From: Verrucomicrobiota bacterium
GTDB lineage: Bacteria > Verrucomicrobiota > Verrucomicrobiia > Limisphaerales > SIBE01
NCBI GenBank assembly: GCA_016871515.1
Contig: VHDE01000004.1
Coordinates: 386 to 64,385 of the forward strand
Length of the DNA stretch: 64,000 nt
Reading direction: 5' to 3'
Below the pieces are notes generated by a model, which had not been told where the DNA came from, searched no databases, and was given only the letters and a program-made list of their open reading frames with translations. This document shows positions 17,441-26,901 of this stretch, in pieces. Position 1 is the first letter of the stretch, and each line of letters begins with the position of its first letter. A program made the translations under genes and the position numbers.

Positions 17441-17513
17441 CTTGGCAGAATTGCCGCCCGCGCTACGTCAACAATTGCTAATTCCCATTCAACCTGATAA
17501 TCGAAATCACGTG

Positions 17514-19658
17514 ATGCACCTTCGCCCATTGACCGCGTTCTTGGCCGCGTTTGTGATGTCCTGTGCTCCCGTTGCTTTCGCTGCCAATCCGCTTTCAACC
17601 CATCGCGAATGGCGGACCTACGGCGCCGATCTCGCCGGCACCAAGTACTCCGCGCTCACTCAAATCAACCGCACGAACGTCCAGCAGCTCAAGCCCGCCT
17701 GGATTTATCGCTGCGATGATATGCGCGCACGGCCAGCCTCAACGATTGAATGCAATCCCATCATCATTGATGGTTCGATGTTCATTACGACGCCAGGCTT
17801 GAAAGTCATCTCACTCGACGCCGCAACCGGCACGCAGCAATGGGTATTTGATCCCTGGGACGGAAAAGGCGGACGCGGAGTCAACCGTGGCGTGAGTTAT
17901 TGGGCAGCGGCCGATGACAGACGAATCTTTTTCGTCGGCGGGAATTTTCTCTACGCGATTAACGCAGCCACCGGACAACTCATCCGCTCTTTTGGCGTGG
18001 GAGGCAAAGTGGACTTGCGCGATGGTTTGGATCGGGATGTTTTCTTTTTATCCGTGACCGCGACGACACCCGGGATTGTTTACAATGATTTATTGATCAT
18101 GGGTTCAGCGGTCGGTGAAGGTCCGGCGCCATCGGCTCCCGGACACATCCGTGCCTACGATGTTCGAACGGGCAAACGCCGTTGGATCTTTCACACGATT
18201 CCGCATCCGGGCGAATTCGGTTATGAGACATGGCCAGCGGACGCCTGGAAGACGGCAGGCGGCGCGAATTGCTGGGGCGGAATGACCGTCGATGTGCAAC
18301 GTGGATTAGTCTTCGCAGGCACGGGCTCAGCTTCCTACGACCATTACGGCGGCAATCGCGCCGGACAAAATCTCTTTGCGAATTGTGTGCTAGCACTCAA
18401 GGCGGATACGGGTGAAAGGGTCTGGCATTTTCAGACGGTCCATCACGATATTTGGGACTACGACATCCCCTGCCCTCCCAACCTCGTCACCGTGACGCAT
18501 GGTGGCCGGCAAATCGATGCCGTCGCACAGTCGACGAAAGTCGGCCATGTCTTCTTGCTTGACCGAGTGACAGGCAAACCGCTCTTTCCCGTCGAGGAAC
18601 GTCGAGTGCCAAAGTCTGAAATTCCCGGCGAACAAAGCTGGCCGACGCAACCGTTTCCCACCAAACCGCCCCCGTTTGCTCAGCAACGTTTCACCGAGGC
18701 CGAAGTGACCGATCTATCTCCGCGCTCCCGCGAGTTTGTCTTGAACAAACTTAAGGAAATGCAGACAGGAGATATTTTCATTCCGCCAGGATTGAAACCC
18801 TCCGTGGTGCTGCCGCAGTTCAATGGCGGCGGCGAATGGGGCGGTGCGGCATTCGATCCGGAAACGCATTTGCTTTTTGTCAATGCTAGCGACGAAGCCG
18901 AATGGATTTCAATGGTTCCATCGAAGCCGCGCGCCGAGATGACGCTGGATGAAATCGGCCGATTGCTCTACGGCTCGATCTGCTCGGCTTGCCACGGCTT
19001 CGAACGTCCAGTGAACCCAGCGTCGCCCTCGTTGGCCTCGCTCAAAAGCGTTCGCGAGCGATTGACGAAACAGCAGGTGCTTGAACTTCTCGAGACGGGC
19101 CGCGGCCAAATGCCGAGCTTCGCGACTTTATCGAATTTGGAGAAGCGCGCCGTGGTGGGATTCTTGTTCGGCGAACCCGGCGGTGAAAGGGTTTCGGTGG
19201 CGGAAGCCAAGCTCAGCTTCGCGGATGAAATTCCGTACGTCGCCACAGGCCACCATGACTTTCGTGACCCTGACGGGTTTCCGGTCAACAAACGGCCTTG
19301 GGGCACATTGAACGCCATCGACCTCGACAAAGGCGAAATTCGCTGGCAAGTGCCGCTGGGAACATATCCTGCGCTCGAGAAAAAAGGTCTGCCGCCAACT
19401 GGGACATTCAACATCGGCGGACCCCTGGTGACATCGGGCGGGTTGGTTTTCATCGGCGCGGCGATGGATGAACGTTTCCACGCCTATGACAAGTCCACAG
19501 GCAAGTTGCTCTGGGAATTTCAAATGGAAGCGGGCGGTTATGCGACGCCAGCGACCTATGAGTTGAACGGCCGACAGCACGTGGTGATCGCCGCCGGAGG
19601 CGGAGGCAAGCCCGAGACCAAACCAGGCAACGCCTATTACTGTTTCGCGCTGCCGTGA
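17514..19658 (+). CDS. PQQ-dependent dehydrogenase (glucose/quinate/shikimate-type propeller) with an embedded cytochrome c (CxxCH) segment
   Basis: Start moved to MHLRPLTAFLAAFVMSCAPVAFA (ATG at 17514). EWRTYGADLAGTKYS, WVFDPWDG, NCWGGMTVD, HHDIWDYD; heme motif SICSACHG..GRGQMPSF; C-terminal GGYATPATYELNGRQHVVIAAGGGGK. Confidence 0.85.
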   Translation: MHLRPLTAFLAAFVMSCAPVAFAANPLSTHREWRTYGADLAGTKYSALTQINRTNVQQLKPAWIYRCDDMRARPASTIECNPIIIDGSMFITTPGLKVISLDAATGTQQWVFDPWDGKGGRGVNRGVSYWAAADDRRIFFVGGNFLYAINAATGQLIRSFGVGGKVDLRDGLDRDVFFLSVTATTPGIVYNDLLIMGSAVGEGPAPSAPGHIRAYDVRTGKRRWIFHTIPHPGEFGYETWPADAWKTAGGANCWGGMTVDVQRGLVFAGTGSASYDHYGGNRAGQNLFANCVLALKADTGERVWHFQTVHHDIWDYDIPCPPNLVTVTHGGRQIDAVAQSTKVGHVFLLDRVTGKPLFPVEERRVPKSEIPGEQSWPTQPFPTKPPPFAQQRFTEAEVTDLSPRSREFVLNKLKEMQTGDIFIPPGLKPSVVLPQFNGGGEWGGAAFDPETHLLFVNASDEAEWISMVPSKPRAEMTLDEIGRLLYGSICSACHGFERPVNPASPSLASLKSVRERLTKQQVLELLETGRGQMPSFATLSNLEKRAVVGFLFGEPGGERVSVAEAKLSFADEIPYVATGHHDFRDPDGFPVNKRPWGTLNAIDLDKGEIRWQVPLGTYPALEKKGLPPTGTFNIGGPLVTSGGLVFIGAAMDERFHAYDKSTGKLLWEFQMEAGGYATPATYELNGRQHVVIAAGGGGKPETKPGNAYYCFALP

Positions 19659-19721
19659 TTTGCGGCTAAACGGGACAAGCACAACCGGTCGTTAGCTGTT
19701 TTGTGATTACGCAAAAGCATT

Positions 19722-19790
19722 CCTCGCCCCATCCGATGGGGGGAGGGATAGGGAGAGGGGTTTCGTGCACCAGTTTCATGGTCCCAATAC
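19722..19790. repeat. Family I half-unit plus TTCATGGTCCCAAT module
   Basis: CCTCGCCCCATCCGATGGGGGGAGGGATAGGGAGAGGGGT..GTTTCATGGTCCCAATAC; matches the right half of 26553..26698. Confidence 0.8.
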
Positions 19791-19847
19791 TTGATGCAAT
19801 GTTCACCCAAGTTGACGAACGCACCGCGTTTTTGCCAGGGTCATTGC

Positions 19848-21678
19848 ATGTTCGTCAATCGACACGTTGCGCGTCTTTCGCTTGGCAGTCTCATTTGTCT
19901 TTTAGCGGTTCCTGTCTCTGAGTCAGCCGAAAAGTCGTTTCCGCACCCAATCCTCACGCGTGGACCTTACCTGCAACTTGCCACCACCAACTCGATCTGC
20001 GTCGTCTGACGAACGGATGGGCCGGCCTCACCCAGCGTCCACTTCGGCCAAAGTATGGGCGAGCTTGCCCAACGGGTGGCGAGCGATGCGATCATCGTGC
20101 GGGCTTCGCTGGGCGGCAGGGGCGACCGCATTGCATCGGCACACGGCGGCCTGTTCGTTTTTGGATCATTGGCGATAGCGGAACAGGCCGGCAAGCGCAA
20201 GCGGAGGCCATCAGGCCATGCTCGATTACGTGCGGCGAGAAGATCGCCCTATCGACTTCTGACTGCACGCGGGAGACATGGCTTACGGGACTGGACGCGA
20301 CATGGAATTTCAAAGCCGCTTCTTTGAATCGTACGATAGGACGCTGCGCCGATTCGTTTGCTGGCCGACGATGGGCAATCATGAGGGGCACACCTCCCGA
20401 GGCACGACTGGGATTGGCCCATACTACGACGCCTATATTGTGCCAACGCGTGGTGAAGCGGGCGGCCTTGCTTCGGGCACGGAAGCTTATTGTTCGTTCG
20501 ATCACGCGAACATTCATTTCATTTGCCTCGATTCGCACGACCTGGATCGCAAGCCGGGCGGCGCGATGGCCAAGTGGCTCAAGGCAGACCTGGAAAGTGC
20601 CAACGCGGATTGGGTCATTGCTTTTTGGCATCATCCTCCCTACACGAAGGGTTCGCATGACAGCGACAAGGAGAAGGATTTAACCGAGATGCGCCAATAC
20701 ATCATGCCGATCATCGAGTCGGGCGGCGTCGATCTGGTGTTGACGGGACACTCGCACATCTATGAACGCTCGATGCTGATCGATGGCGCCTACGCCACAC
20801 CGACCGTGGCTGAGAATCTCGCGTTGGATGACGGCGATGGCGATCCGCAAGGGGATGGACCGTATCGGAAAAGCGAAGGGATTCATCCTCATGAAGGAAC
20901 TGTTCAAGTTGTGGCCGGTCATGGCGGAGCAAACTTAGGACGCAACGGCACACTCCCATTGATGAAGAAAACGATCGTCGAACATGGGTCGGTTTTGGTG
21001 GATGTGTACGGCGATACGCTGGCCGCGACGATGGCGAATCGCAATGGCCAGACACGGGACCTGTTCAGCATTGTCAAACGCGGACAGGTCGAATTGCAGC
21101 CCCTCGCGTTGCCATGGCAACCGCCGGAATACAAGAAACCCGACCCTGCTCCAAAGCACCCAGCGATGCCACCCGTCGATCACAGGGTTTTGATCCCAAA
21201 GAACGCTCAATGGCGTTACTTGGCCAATCGCCATCCACAATGGCAAACCTGGACGCGCTTGAGGTTCGACGATTCAAACTGGGCCACCGGAGCAGGCAGT
21301 TTTGGCCTCGGTCGTGGTGAATCGCGAACTGAAATTGCCGCCTTGCCGGGGCGGCGTCCGGTCATCTATTTGCGCAAAGAGTTCGAGGTCGGTCAGGCAG
21401 ACAAAGTCACGGAACTCGGGCTGGAAATCAATTACCTGGACGCGTTCATCGCTTATGTCAACGGAGGCGAGGCAGCGCGCGTTGGCGTGGGGCGAACCAG
21501 CGGGCGGAACGCGCAAAAGATAAAAGCGCGCGAGGACCGAGGATTCACCTACGTCGCGTTAAGTGACGCGTATAAGTATTTGCGCGACGGCCGGAATGTT
21601 CTCGCCCTCGAAGTTCATTCTGTGAACGACGAACATCCCAGTCTGGCGGTTGATTTGTCGCTGTTGTTGGAGGATTAG
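19848..21678 (+). pseudogene. Purple-acid-phosphatase-like metallophosphoesterase with a C-terminal jelly-roll domain; 5' ~430 nt disrupted
   Basis: Signal peptide and N-terminus: MFVNRHVARLSLGSLICLLAVPVSESAEK..ILTRGPYLQLATTNSICVV, then an in-frame TGA at 20007-20009. RFWIIGDSGTG is readable only in the frame starting at 20156. MLDYVRREDRPIDF, then TGA at 20260-20262, then LHAGDMAYGTG. The intact 3' ORF 20278..21678 carries WPTMGNHE, WVIAFWHHPPY and LVLTGHSHIYER. Confidence 0.8.
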
Positions 21679-21683
21679 ATGGT

Positions 21684-22699
21684 ATGCAGTTCAACTTGCG
21701 CCTCTTCACCAGACGTCCGGAGCGCGGACAGCCATGTCCGCGCGCTTCGAGTAACCTGACCAGGAAACGCGGACAAGGCTGTCCGCGCTTCGGAGGTCGT
21801 TTCGTTCGCGCAGTCTTGATCGCATGTTGTCTGGCGGTCGCCACGATTCGCTTCTGGGCGCATGATGGTCCCGAACACGAGATCGAGGAACTGACCGAGC
21901 AGATTGCGAAGGAGGGGGAATCAGCCGATCTGCTGGTGCAACGCGCGATCGAATACAGATTTTGGGGAAATATGCTGAAGCCGTGAAAGACCTCAAGCGC
22001 GCTCTGCATTTCGAGGCCGGCTCGGTGATGGCCCAACGAGAGTTGAGCCGGGCCTACTTTGCTCTCGGAAAAACAAATGAAGCGCTCGAGACGGTGAATC
22101 ACGCTTTGAAGAATCCCAGCGAAGGGCCGGACCGGGCGTCGTTGTTTGCCGTTCGCGCGGAGATTTTCCACGAGCGTAAAGAGCATAAGACGGCCCTGGA
22201 AGATGCGAATCGCGCGATTGAAGAGCATCCGATCAATGTTGAGTGGTATCTGTTGCGCAGCCAATTGCAGGAAGATTTGAAACTGAAGAAGGAACGCATT
22301 CAAGGATTGGAACAAGGAATTCAAGAAACGGGCAGTGCGGTTCTGGAACAGGAATGGATCGAAGCTCTGATTGACGATGGACAAGTCGATTTGGCGCTCG
22401 AGAAGATTGAGGCGGAACTCGCCAAGACGCGTTGGAAGAGCAGTTGGCTGATCCGGCGCGCGAAGGCTCGGCGCGCGTTGGGCAAAACGGAGGAATCGAA
22501 AACTGATCTTGAGGCAGCCATAGCCGAATTGGATCGACGCATCAGACCGTCAGCTACGGATCCCCCGCTCCTCGCCGATCGCGGTCAAGCTTACGAGTTG
22601 TTGGGCAAAAAGGAGGACGCCCGGAAAAACTACGAACAAGCGAAAGAAAAAGGGATGACCGAACAATGGCTGCGCGAACGGTTGCGAGCTCTTAAGTAA
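21684..22699 (+). CDS. Membrane-anchored TPR-repeat protein, apparently split by a 1-nt frameshift in a T4G4 run
   Basis: ORF 21684..21986 ends ..LLVQRAIEYRFWGNMLKP*. ORF 21962..22699 begins (L)GKYAEAVKDLKRALHFE. Removing one base from TTTTGGGG at 21960-21967 joins them. TPR-like helices run throughout (AYFALGKTNEALETVNHAL; GQAYELLGKKEDARKNYEQA). The 5' ~110 nt is repeat family H, so the true start is uncertain. Confidence 0.65.
21719..21793. repeat. Family H tandem hairpins (GCGGACA-N-TGTCCGC)
   Basis: GGAGCGCGGACAGCCATGTCCGCGCGCTTC ... AAACGCGGACAAGGCTGTCCGCGCTTCGG. Its stem start resembles family B (GGAGCGCGGA). Confidence 0.8.
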
Positions 22700-22705
22700 G
22701 CAATT

Positions 22706-22882
22706 CACCACAGAGGCACAGGGCCCACAGAGGATTGCGTCTCTCAGCTCTGCACTGCAATGGTCGAAATTGTTCGCGAGCTACGATCAATTTTTAACCA
22801 TGCAACTGATTTAACGATTTAACCTTGTAACGCCTTGGCTCCGGCCTCCGCCGCTCTGTGGTCTTTGTGTCTCTGTGGTTTC
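22706..22882. repeat. Cassette-flank-type inverted repeat (CACAGAGG / CCTCTGTG motifs) around a ~110-bp core
   Basis: CACCACAGAGGCACAGGGCCCACAGAGG ... CCGCTCTGTGGTCTTTGTGTCTCTGTGGTTTC. The core contains AACCATGCAACTGATTTAACGATTTAACCTTGTAACG. A similar GTAACGATGCAACCGTGTAAC lies at 23832-23852. Confidence 0.7.
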
Positions 22883-22906
22883 AATGTTTTAAGTTCGGGT
22901 CTGGGA

Positions 22907-23641
22907 ATGAAGCTCATCACGCGCCAAAGTTATGAAGTAACCGGTGAAACATGCCACAACCTCGAAGTCGAGATTCCGGGACGCTCGCGGCGCGAAGAGA
23001 TCGTCGTTGTTGGAGCGCATTACGATTCTGTGGATGGCAGTCCCGGCGCGAACGACAACGCGACCGGCACCGCAGCCTTGCTGGCGTTGGCAAGATCGAT
23101 GGCACGCGTCGAAGCAGCTCGCACAATCCGATTCGTAACCTTTGTCAATGAAGAACCGCCCCACTTTCAATCGGACCTTATGGGCAGTGCGGTTTATGCG
23201 CGACGATGCCACCAGCGGGGCGAACGCATTGTGGCGATGCTCAGCCTCGAAACGATCGGTTATTATTCGGACGCCCGACACAGCCAGCATTATCCCTTCC
23301 CACTCGGCTTGGTTTATCCGTGGCAAGGAAACTTCATCGCTTTCGTGGCAAATACAGATTCCGCGGACCTCGTGCAGCAATGTATCCGGGTGTTTCGGAG
23401 CGAGGTTCAGTTTCCGTCCGAGGGAGCGGCCTTGCCCAGCGGGTTGCCCGGCATCGGCTCGTCGGATCATTGGGCATTTTGGCAAGAAGGCTACTCCGCG
23501 GTCATGATCACAGACACCGCGCCATTTCGTTATCCACATTATCACACGACTCAGGACACACCGGATAAAATAGACTTCGATCGAATGGCGCGCGTCAATG
23601 AAGGGATCGAGAAAGTTGTCCGCGCACTGATTAATCCCTGA
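22907..23641 (+). CDS. M28-family metallopeptidase (aminopeptidase-like), possibly 5'-truncated
   Basis: NLEVEIPGRSRREEIVVVGAHYDSVDGSPGANDNATGTAALLALARSMA..FVTFVNEEP..GSSDHWAFWQEGYSAVMITDT. Start placed at ATG 22907 because upstream codons are repeat sequence. It lacks the usual ~80-aa N-terminal region and signal peptide. Confidence 0.8.
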   Translation: MKLITRQSYEVTGETCHNLEVEIPGRSRREEIVVVGAHYDSVDGSPGANDNATGTAALLALARSMARVEAARTIRFVTFVNEEPPHFQSDLMGSAVYARRCHQRGERIVAMLSLETIGYYSDARHSQHYPFPLGLVYPWQGNFIAFVANTDSADLVQQCIRVFRSEVQFPSEGAALPSGLPGIGSSDHWAFWQEGYSAVMITDTAPFRYPHYHTTQDTPDKIDFDRMARVNEGIEKVVRALINP

Positions 23642-23702
23642 CGGGCTGCGAACCCGCTGTGACAACTGCGCAGATCACGCCGATGAACCCGAAGCAATCT
23701 TA

Positions 23703-23830
23703 GGCCGCCAGGTCTTGGACTGCGCCAGCCCCCTGGTGCTTTTGGAGGCACGATCCAAAGCGGCAGAGGACTGCCGCAGTCCAAGACGCTATCGCGCCGA
23801 CGCATACGCCAATCGAGGCTCTCCATGTAA
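23703..23830. repeat. Family D repeat D2
   Basis: GGCCGCCAGGTCTTGGACTGCGCCAGCCCCCTGGTGCTTTTGGAGGCACGATCCAAAGCGGCAGAGGACTGCCGCAGTCCAAGACGCT. Confidence 0.9.
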
Positions 23831-23867
23831 CTGTGTAACGATGCAACCGTGTAACAACTCTGCGTCG

Positions 23868-24332
23868 TTACTTCTGCTCTCGCAACAGCCTGACTTGCGC
23901 CTCCAACAAACCAATTCTGAGCTTCTCCAATGCCGCCGCTGGCGCACGATCGACCCCAAACGCTTGGTTTCGATTCAGACGGCGCTCATGAACGGAAACA
24001 AGCTCACGCAGTTCCGCGATCACCGCGTCCCGCTGATTTTTTTCACGAGCCAATTGCAAGCGCGCCTCCACCAGATCAATTTCCGCAGTGGAATCGAGAG
24101 GCGCTCTTCCGGCTTTGATATTGAGCTCCTCGCTTTCGAACATGCGTCGTCGTATGCCGACGATCTCCTCAAGTTTACCAATGATCGCGGAGTTCGCTTC
24201 GGGAACGGCAGAACGAGACGCTTGCCCGGTGCTCTCCCGTTGCGTCATCAGTCCAAATGTCGCGGCTAAAGTGAGCAGGGCAATGAATAGGAGCGGTTTT
24301 GTTTTAATGGAATTTGCCTTTCGCTCCGTCAT
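23868..24332 (-). CDS. Hypothetical signal-anchored coiled-coil protein
   Basis: 154 aa, KPLLFIALLTLAATFGLM, then a heptad-like region (EIDLVEARLQLAREKNQRDAVIAELRELV). No recognisable family. Confidence 0.4.
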   Translation of the reverse strand: MTERKANSIKTKPLLFIALLTLAATFGLMTQRESTGQASRSAVPEANSAIIGKLEEIVGIRRRMFESEELNIKAGRAPLDSTAEIDLVEARLQLAREKNQRDAVIAELRELVSVHERRLNRNQAFGVDRAPAAALEKLRIGLLEAQVRLLREQK

Positions 24333-24431
24333 TACTTCGCAAATTGTTTTCTGTCGAGTCGCAAATCCACGCCGTTCGCGCGGATTTGAATGCCGTGCTT
24401 TGCGAAGCAGCCGACAGCCTCCGGCGCCGCA

Positions 24432-24509
24432 ATCGGAGCGCGGATGCCCTCATCCGCGCAATTTGCTTGCGATCAGGTATGTCGCGGATGTGGGCATCCG
24501 CGCTCCGAT
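24432..24509. repeat. Family B hairpin B2
   Basis: ATCGGAGCGCGGATGCCCTCATCCGCG - loop - CGCGGATGTGGGCATCCGCGCTCCGAT. Confidence 0.9.
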
Positions 24510-24916
24510 AGAAGCGTCCCAATGTCCGTTGCTTTGATTTAGCGCGACATTCTACGCGCTCGAATTGACGGAGCAAAAGCGAGGTCAGCTGCGCGTTCGC
24601 TATGTCGGGGTGGCGCGATGATTATTGCGTAACCGCAGGTGCGCAGCCTTTACGTTCAATCATAATAACTCGTCCTTTTCCAGAAGCTCACTTCAACTGT
24701 GAAAGGAAGAAAAGTCGCGTCCTGTATCTTCCGCTTTTCCACACCTCCGAGGAGCCTGATGACAACGACGATTCGAGAGTGCTGGAATTCGAATTCGATT
24801 CGGGTTCGGCGATACGCCCTTCGGGAAATGGCTGGCGGCCGAAAGCCCTCGCGGCATTTGTCATTTGGCCTTCCTGGAGGAATCGGAAGAGAAAGACGCC
24901 GTTAATACTCTGCGAA

Positions 24917-25097
24917 ATGATTGGCGATTCTGACCCACAGCCGTCTACGAAATCCCGGTGACACCAGCAACTGATCACGCCCCCATTGCATTTCTGGGTG
25001 GCATGGCCCGCTAGAACACAATGAGAGCGCTGATGATTGGCGGAGTCGCTGATCATGTTCATCTTTTGCTGACGCTGCCCGCGACCAGAATGTCCAG
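24917..25097 (+). pseudogene. Relic of an IS200-like / REP-associated (RAYT-like) Y1 tyrosine transposase
   Basis: Frame 2: MIGDSDPQPSTKSR* (compare H-x-V-F-S-T-K-x-R). Frame 1: ..YEIPVTPATDHAPIAFLGGMAR-TAG-NTMRALMIGGVADHVHLLLTLPATRMS, which contains the diagnostic IGG(V/M)xDHVHLL motif. It has one frameshift and one in-frame stop, and is truncated 3' by a family E repeat (25098-25125). Confidence 0.55.
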
Positions 25098-25153
25098 ACT
25101 CCACGGCAGAGTGAAACTCTGCGCCACGAGGGATGTCCGCACCGGACAACAAT

Positions 25154-26368
25154 TCAGCCAGGCTTCTGACTGCGTTCGCGAAAGGTCACGGCAAAGAACA
25201 CCAGAACGCCGGCAGCCAACATCGCCGGGATTACCCAGATGCCGCGCCAATCATGTGTGATCGGTCCGATGGGCTGCGCGAGTCGATGCGCATCCATCAC
25301 CATGCCCGCGAGCTTCGTTCCGACAAAGGCGCCCACACCCCACAACACAAACGCGATCAACCCCTGCGCCGCGCCTCGAATTCGCTCGTTTGCTTGCTCA
25401 TCGACGTACATTTGGCCGGTGATGAAGAGGAAATCGTAGCAGATGCCATGAAGGACGATGGCGCCGAACAACATGATTGTGCCCGCTGCGCCCGGTGTGT
25501 TGCCGTAGGCCATGAGGAGGTAGCGAGTCAGCCAGGCCAGCATTCCCAACAGCAACGTTTTTTTGTAACCAAGCCTCGCCAGAAACCACGGCAGGAGCGC
25601 GAGGAAAAGCATGTCGGACACTTGAGCAAGCGTCATTTTCGCGGCCACTTTCGTCCAGCCAAGCTGGCCAAGGTAAGTCGCCATCATCACAAAGTAAAAG
25701 TAAAGCGGTATGCAGATCAGGAACGTGCACAAAACGAAAATCGCAAACGATGGCCGCCGGAACAAAGCCAGCGCTTCCAAGCCCAGCATCTGTCCGAGAC
25801 TAACCTTCTGCCCAATGTTCTTCGGCGGCGTGTGCGGCAATGTAAACGAATAAAGGCCGAGCAAGAGCGAAATGGCGGCCGCCACGACAAATTGGCGCGA
25901 GCTATTCTCTGCGTCCAAGAAGCTGATGATTTGGCCGCCGACAATCCACCCGAGGGCCGACCAAATCTTGACGCGCGGAAATTGCTTTTCCGGATTCTCC
26001 AAATGATGAAACGAAAGTGAATTCGCGAGCGACAGCGTCGGAACATAAAGCACGCAATAACCGATGAGCACCGGCAGAAAGAGCCCGAACGCCGTGACCT
26101 GGGAAAGCAAAAACAATAGAACCGCACCGGCCAAATTAAAGACAGCGATCATCTTCTCCGTGGCGAACCAGCGGTCGGCCAGAAGTCCAGTCAGAAAGGG
26201 CGAGATCATTGCGCCGATGGCAAACGCGCTGTAGGCCCATCCAATTTGCGCTCCCGAATACTTGAGGACGTTGAAGAGGTAAGTCCCCATCGTGACGTAC
26301 CACGATCCCCAAATCACATATTGGATGAACATGAAGATCGAAAGCTGGGGAACGAGGCGCAGGTGCAT
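25154..26368 (-). CDS. MFS transporter of the nucleoside:H+ symporter (NupG/XapB/YegT) family
   Basis: Start moved to MHLRLVPQLSIFMFIQYVIWGSWYVTMGTYL (ATG at 26368). Close in pattern to E. coli NupG: LSFLQFCLWGSW.., ..LLADRW, FTLPHTP, ..ICYDFLFITGQMYV. Confidence 0.85.
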   Translation of the reverse strand: MHLRLVPQLSIFMFIQYVIWGSWYVTMGTYLFNVLKYSGAQIGWAYSAFAIGAMISPFLTGLLADRWFATEKMIAVFNLAGAVLLFLLSQVTAFGLFLPVLIGYCVLYVPTLSLANSLSFHHLENPEKQFPRVKIWSALGWIVGGQIISFLDAENSSRQFVVAAAISLLLGLYSFTLPHTPPKNIGQKVSLGQMLGLEALALFRRPSFAIFVLCTFLICIPLYFYFVMMATYLGQLGWTKVAAKMTLAQVSDMLFLALLPWFLARLGYKKTLLLGMLAWLTRYLLMAYGNTPGAAGTIMLFGAIVLHGICYDFLFITGQMYVDEQANERIRGAAQGLIAFVLWGVGAFVGTKLAGMVMDAHRLAQPIGPITHDWRGIWVIPAMLAAGVLVFFAVTFRERSQKPG

Positions 26369-26466
26369 GAGTTCGCGTGTCCTTACCAGAAGAACGAAGG
26401 CTCTGGCAATGCGAATTGCAAGCAGCTCGCTGGCAAAGGCGCATCTCAGCGCCACCTCTGCTCGGT

Positions 26467-26823
26467 CGTAACGCGGAGTCTCACTCTGCTGTATCGCAGA
26501 CAATCAGCCACCGTTCGCTGGCGGAAGAATGCAGTAGCCGACAGTTGCAGCGCCCCTCTCCCTAACCCTCTCCCCATCCAATGGGGAAAGGGAATCGAGC
26601 CTTTGCGATGGTCAAAGCCTGGTGGGGCAGCGCGCCCAACGGCCAGGTCTTTTCCCTCGCCCCATCGGATGGGGAGAGGGTTAGGGAGAGGGGCGGCATT
26701 CACCTTGCTACTTGGAAGAAGTTTCAATCTGCAGCGCTCCCGCACAATCCTGCGCGCTGGACAAGTGCGAACACTCTGCGGACTGCAAGTCGGCGATACA
26801 GCAGAGTGAAACTCTGCGCTGCG
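26467..26823. repeat. Nested composite: inverted family E units flanking the family I palindrome (26553..26698)
   Basis: Left: CGTAACGCGGAGTCTCACTCTGCTGTATCGCAGA. Centre: GCCCCTCTCCCTAACCCTCTCCCCATCCAATGGGG ... CCCCATCGGATGGGGAGAGGGTTAGGGAGAGGGGC. Right: GGACTGCAAGTCGGCGATACAGCAGAGTGAAACTCTGCGCTGCG. Confidence 0.85.
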
Positions 26824-26901
26824 TGGAAGGTCGCCGCGTCTGGGAGGCACTCGGGAGCAGGCCAGGAATGCGCTTCGCCGGACATCTCCGACAGGCGCAC
26901 A

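Noticed and set aside
20007-20262. TGA reassigned to Trp (genetic code 4-like), or selenocysteine, as an explanation for the two in-frame TGAs
   Set aside because: TGA clearly terminates well-supported genes in this window, for example 17514..19658 and 4901..5137. The same region also has frameshifts, and no SECIS-like context was evident. Pseudogenisation or sequence error is more parsimonious.
21545-22384. 279-aa ORF (-) antisense to the TPR gene
   Set aside because: No motif content. The + strand shows regular TPR-like helices.
25133-26020. 295-aa ORF (+) antisense to the NupG-type MFS gene
   Set aside because: A highly basic, low-complexity translation. The minus strand aligns by eye with NupG along its whole length.
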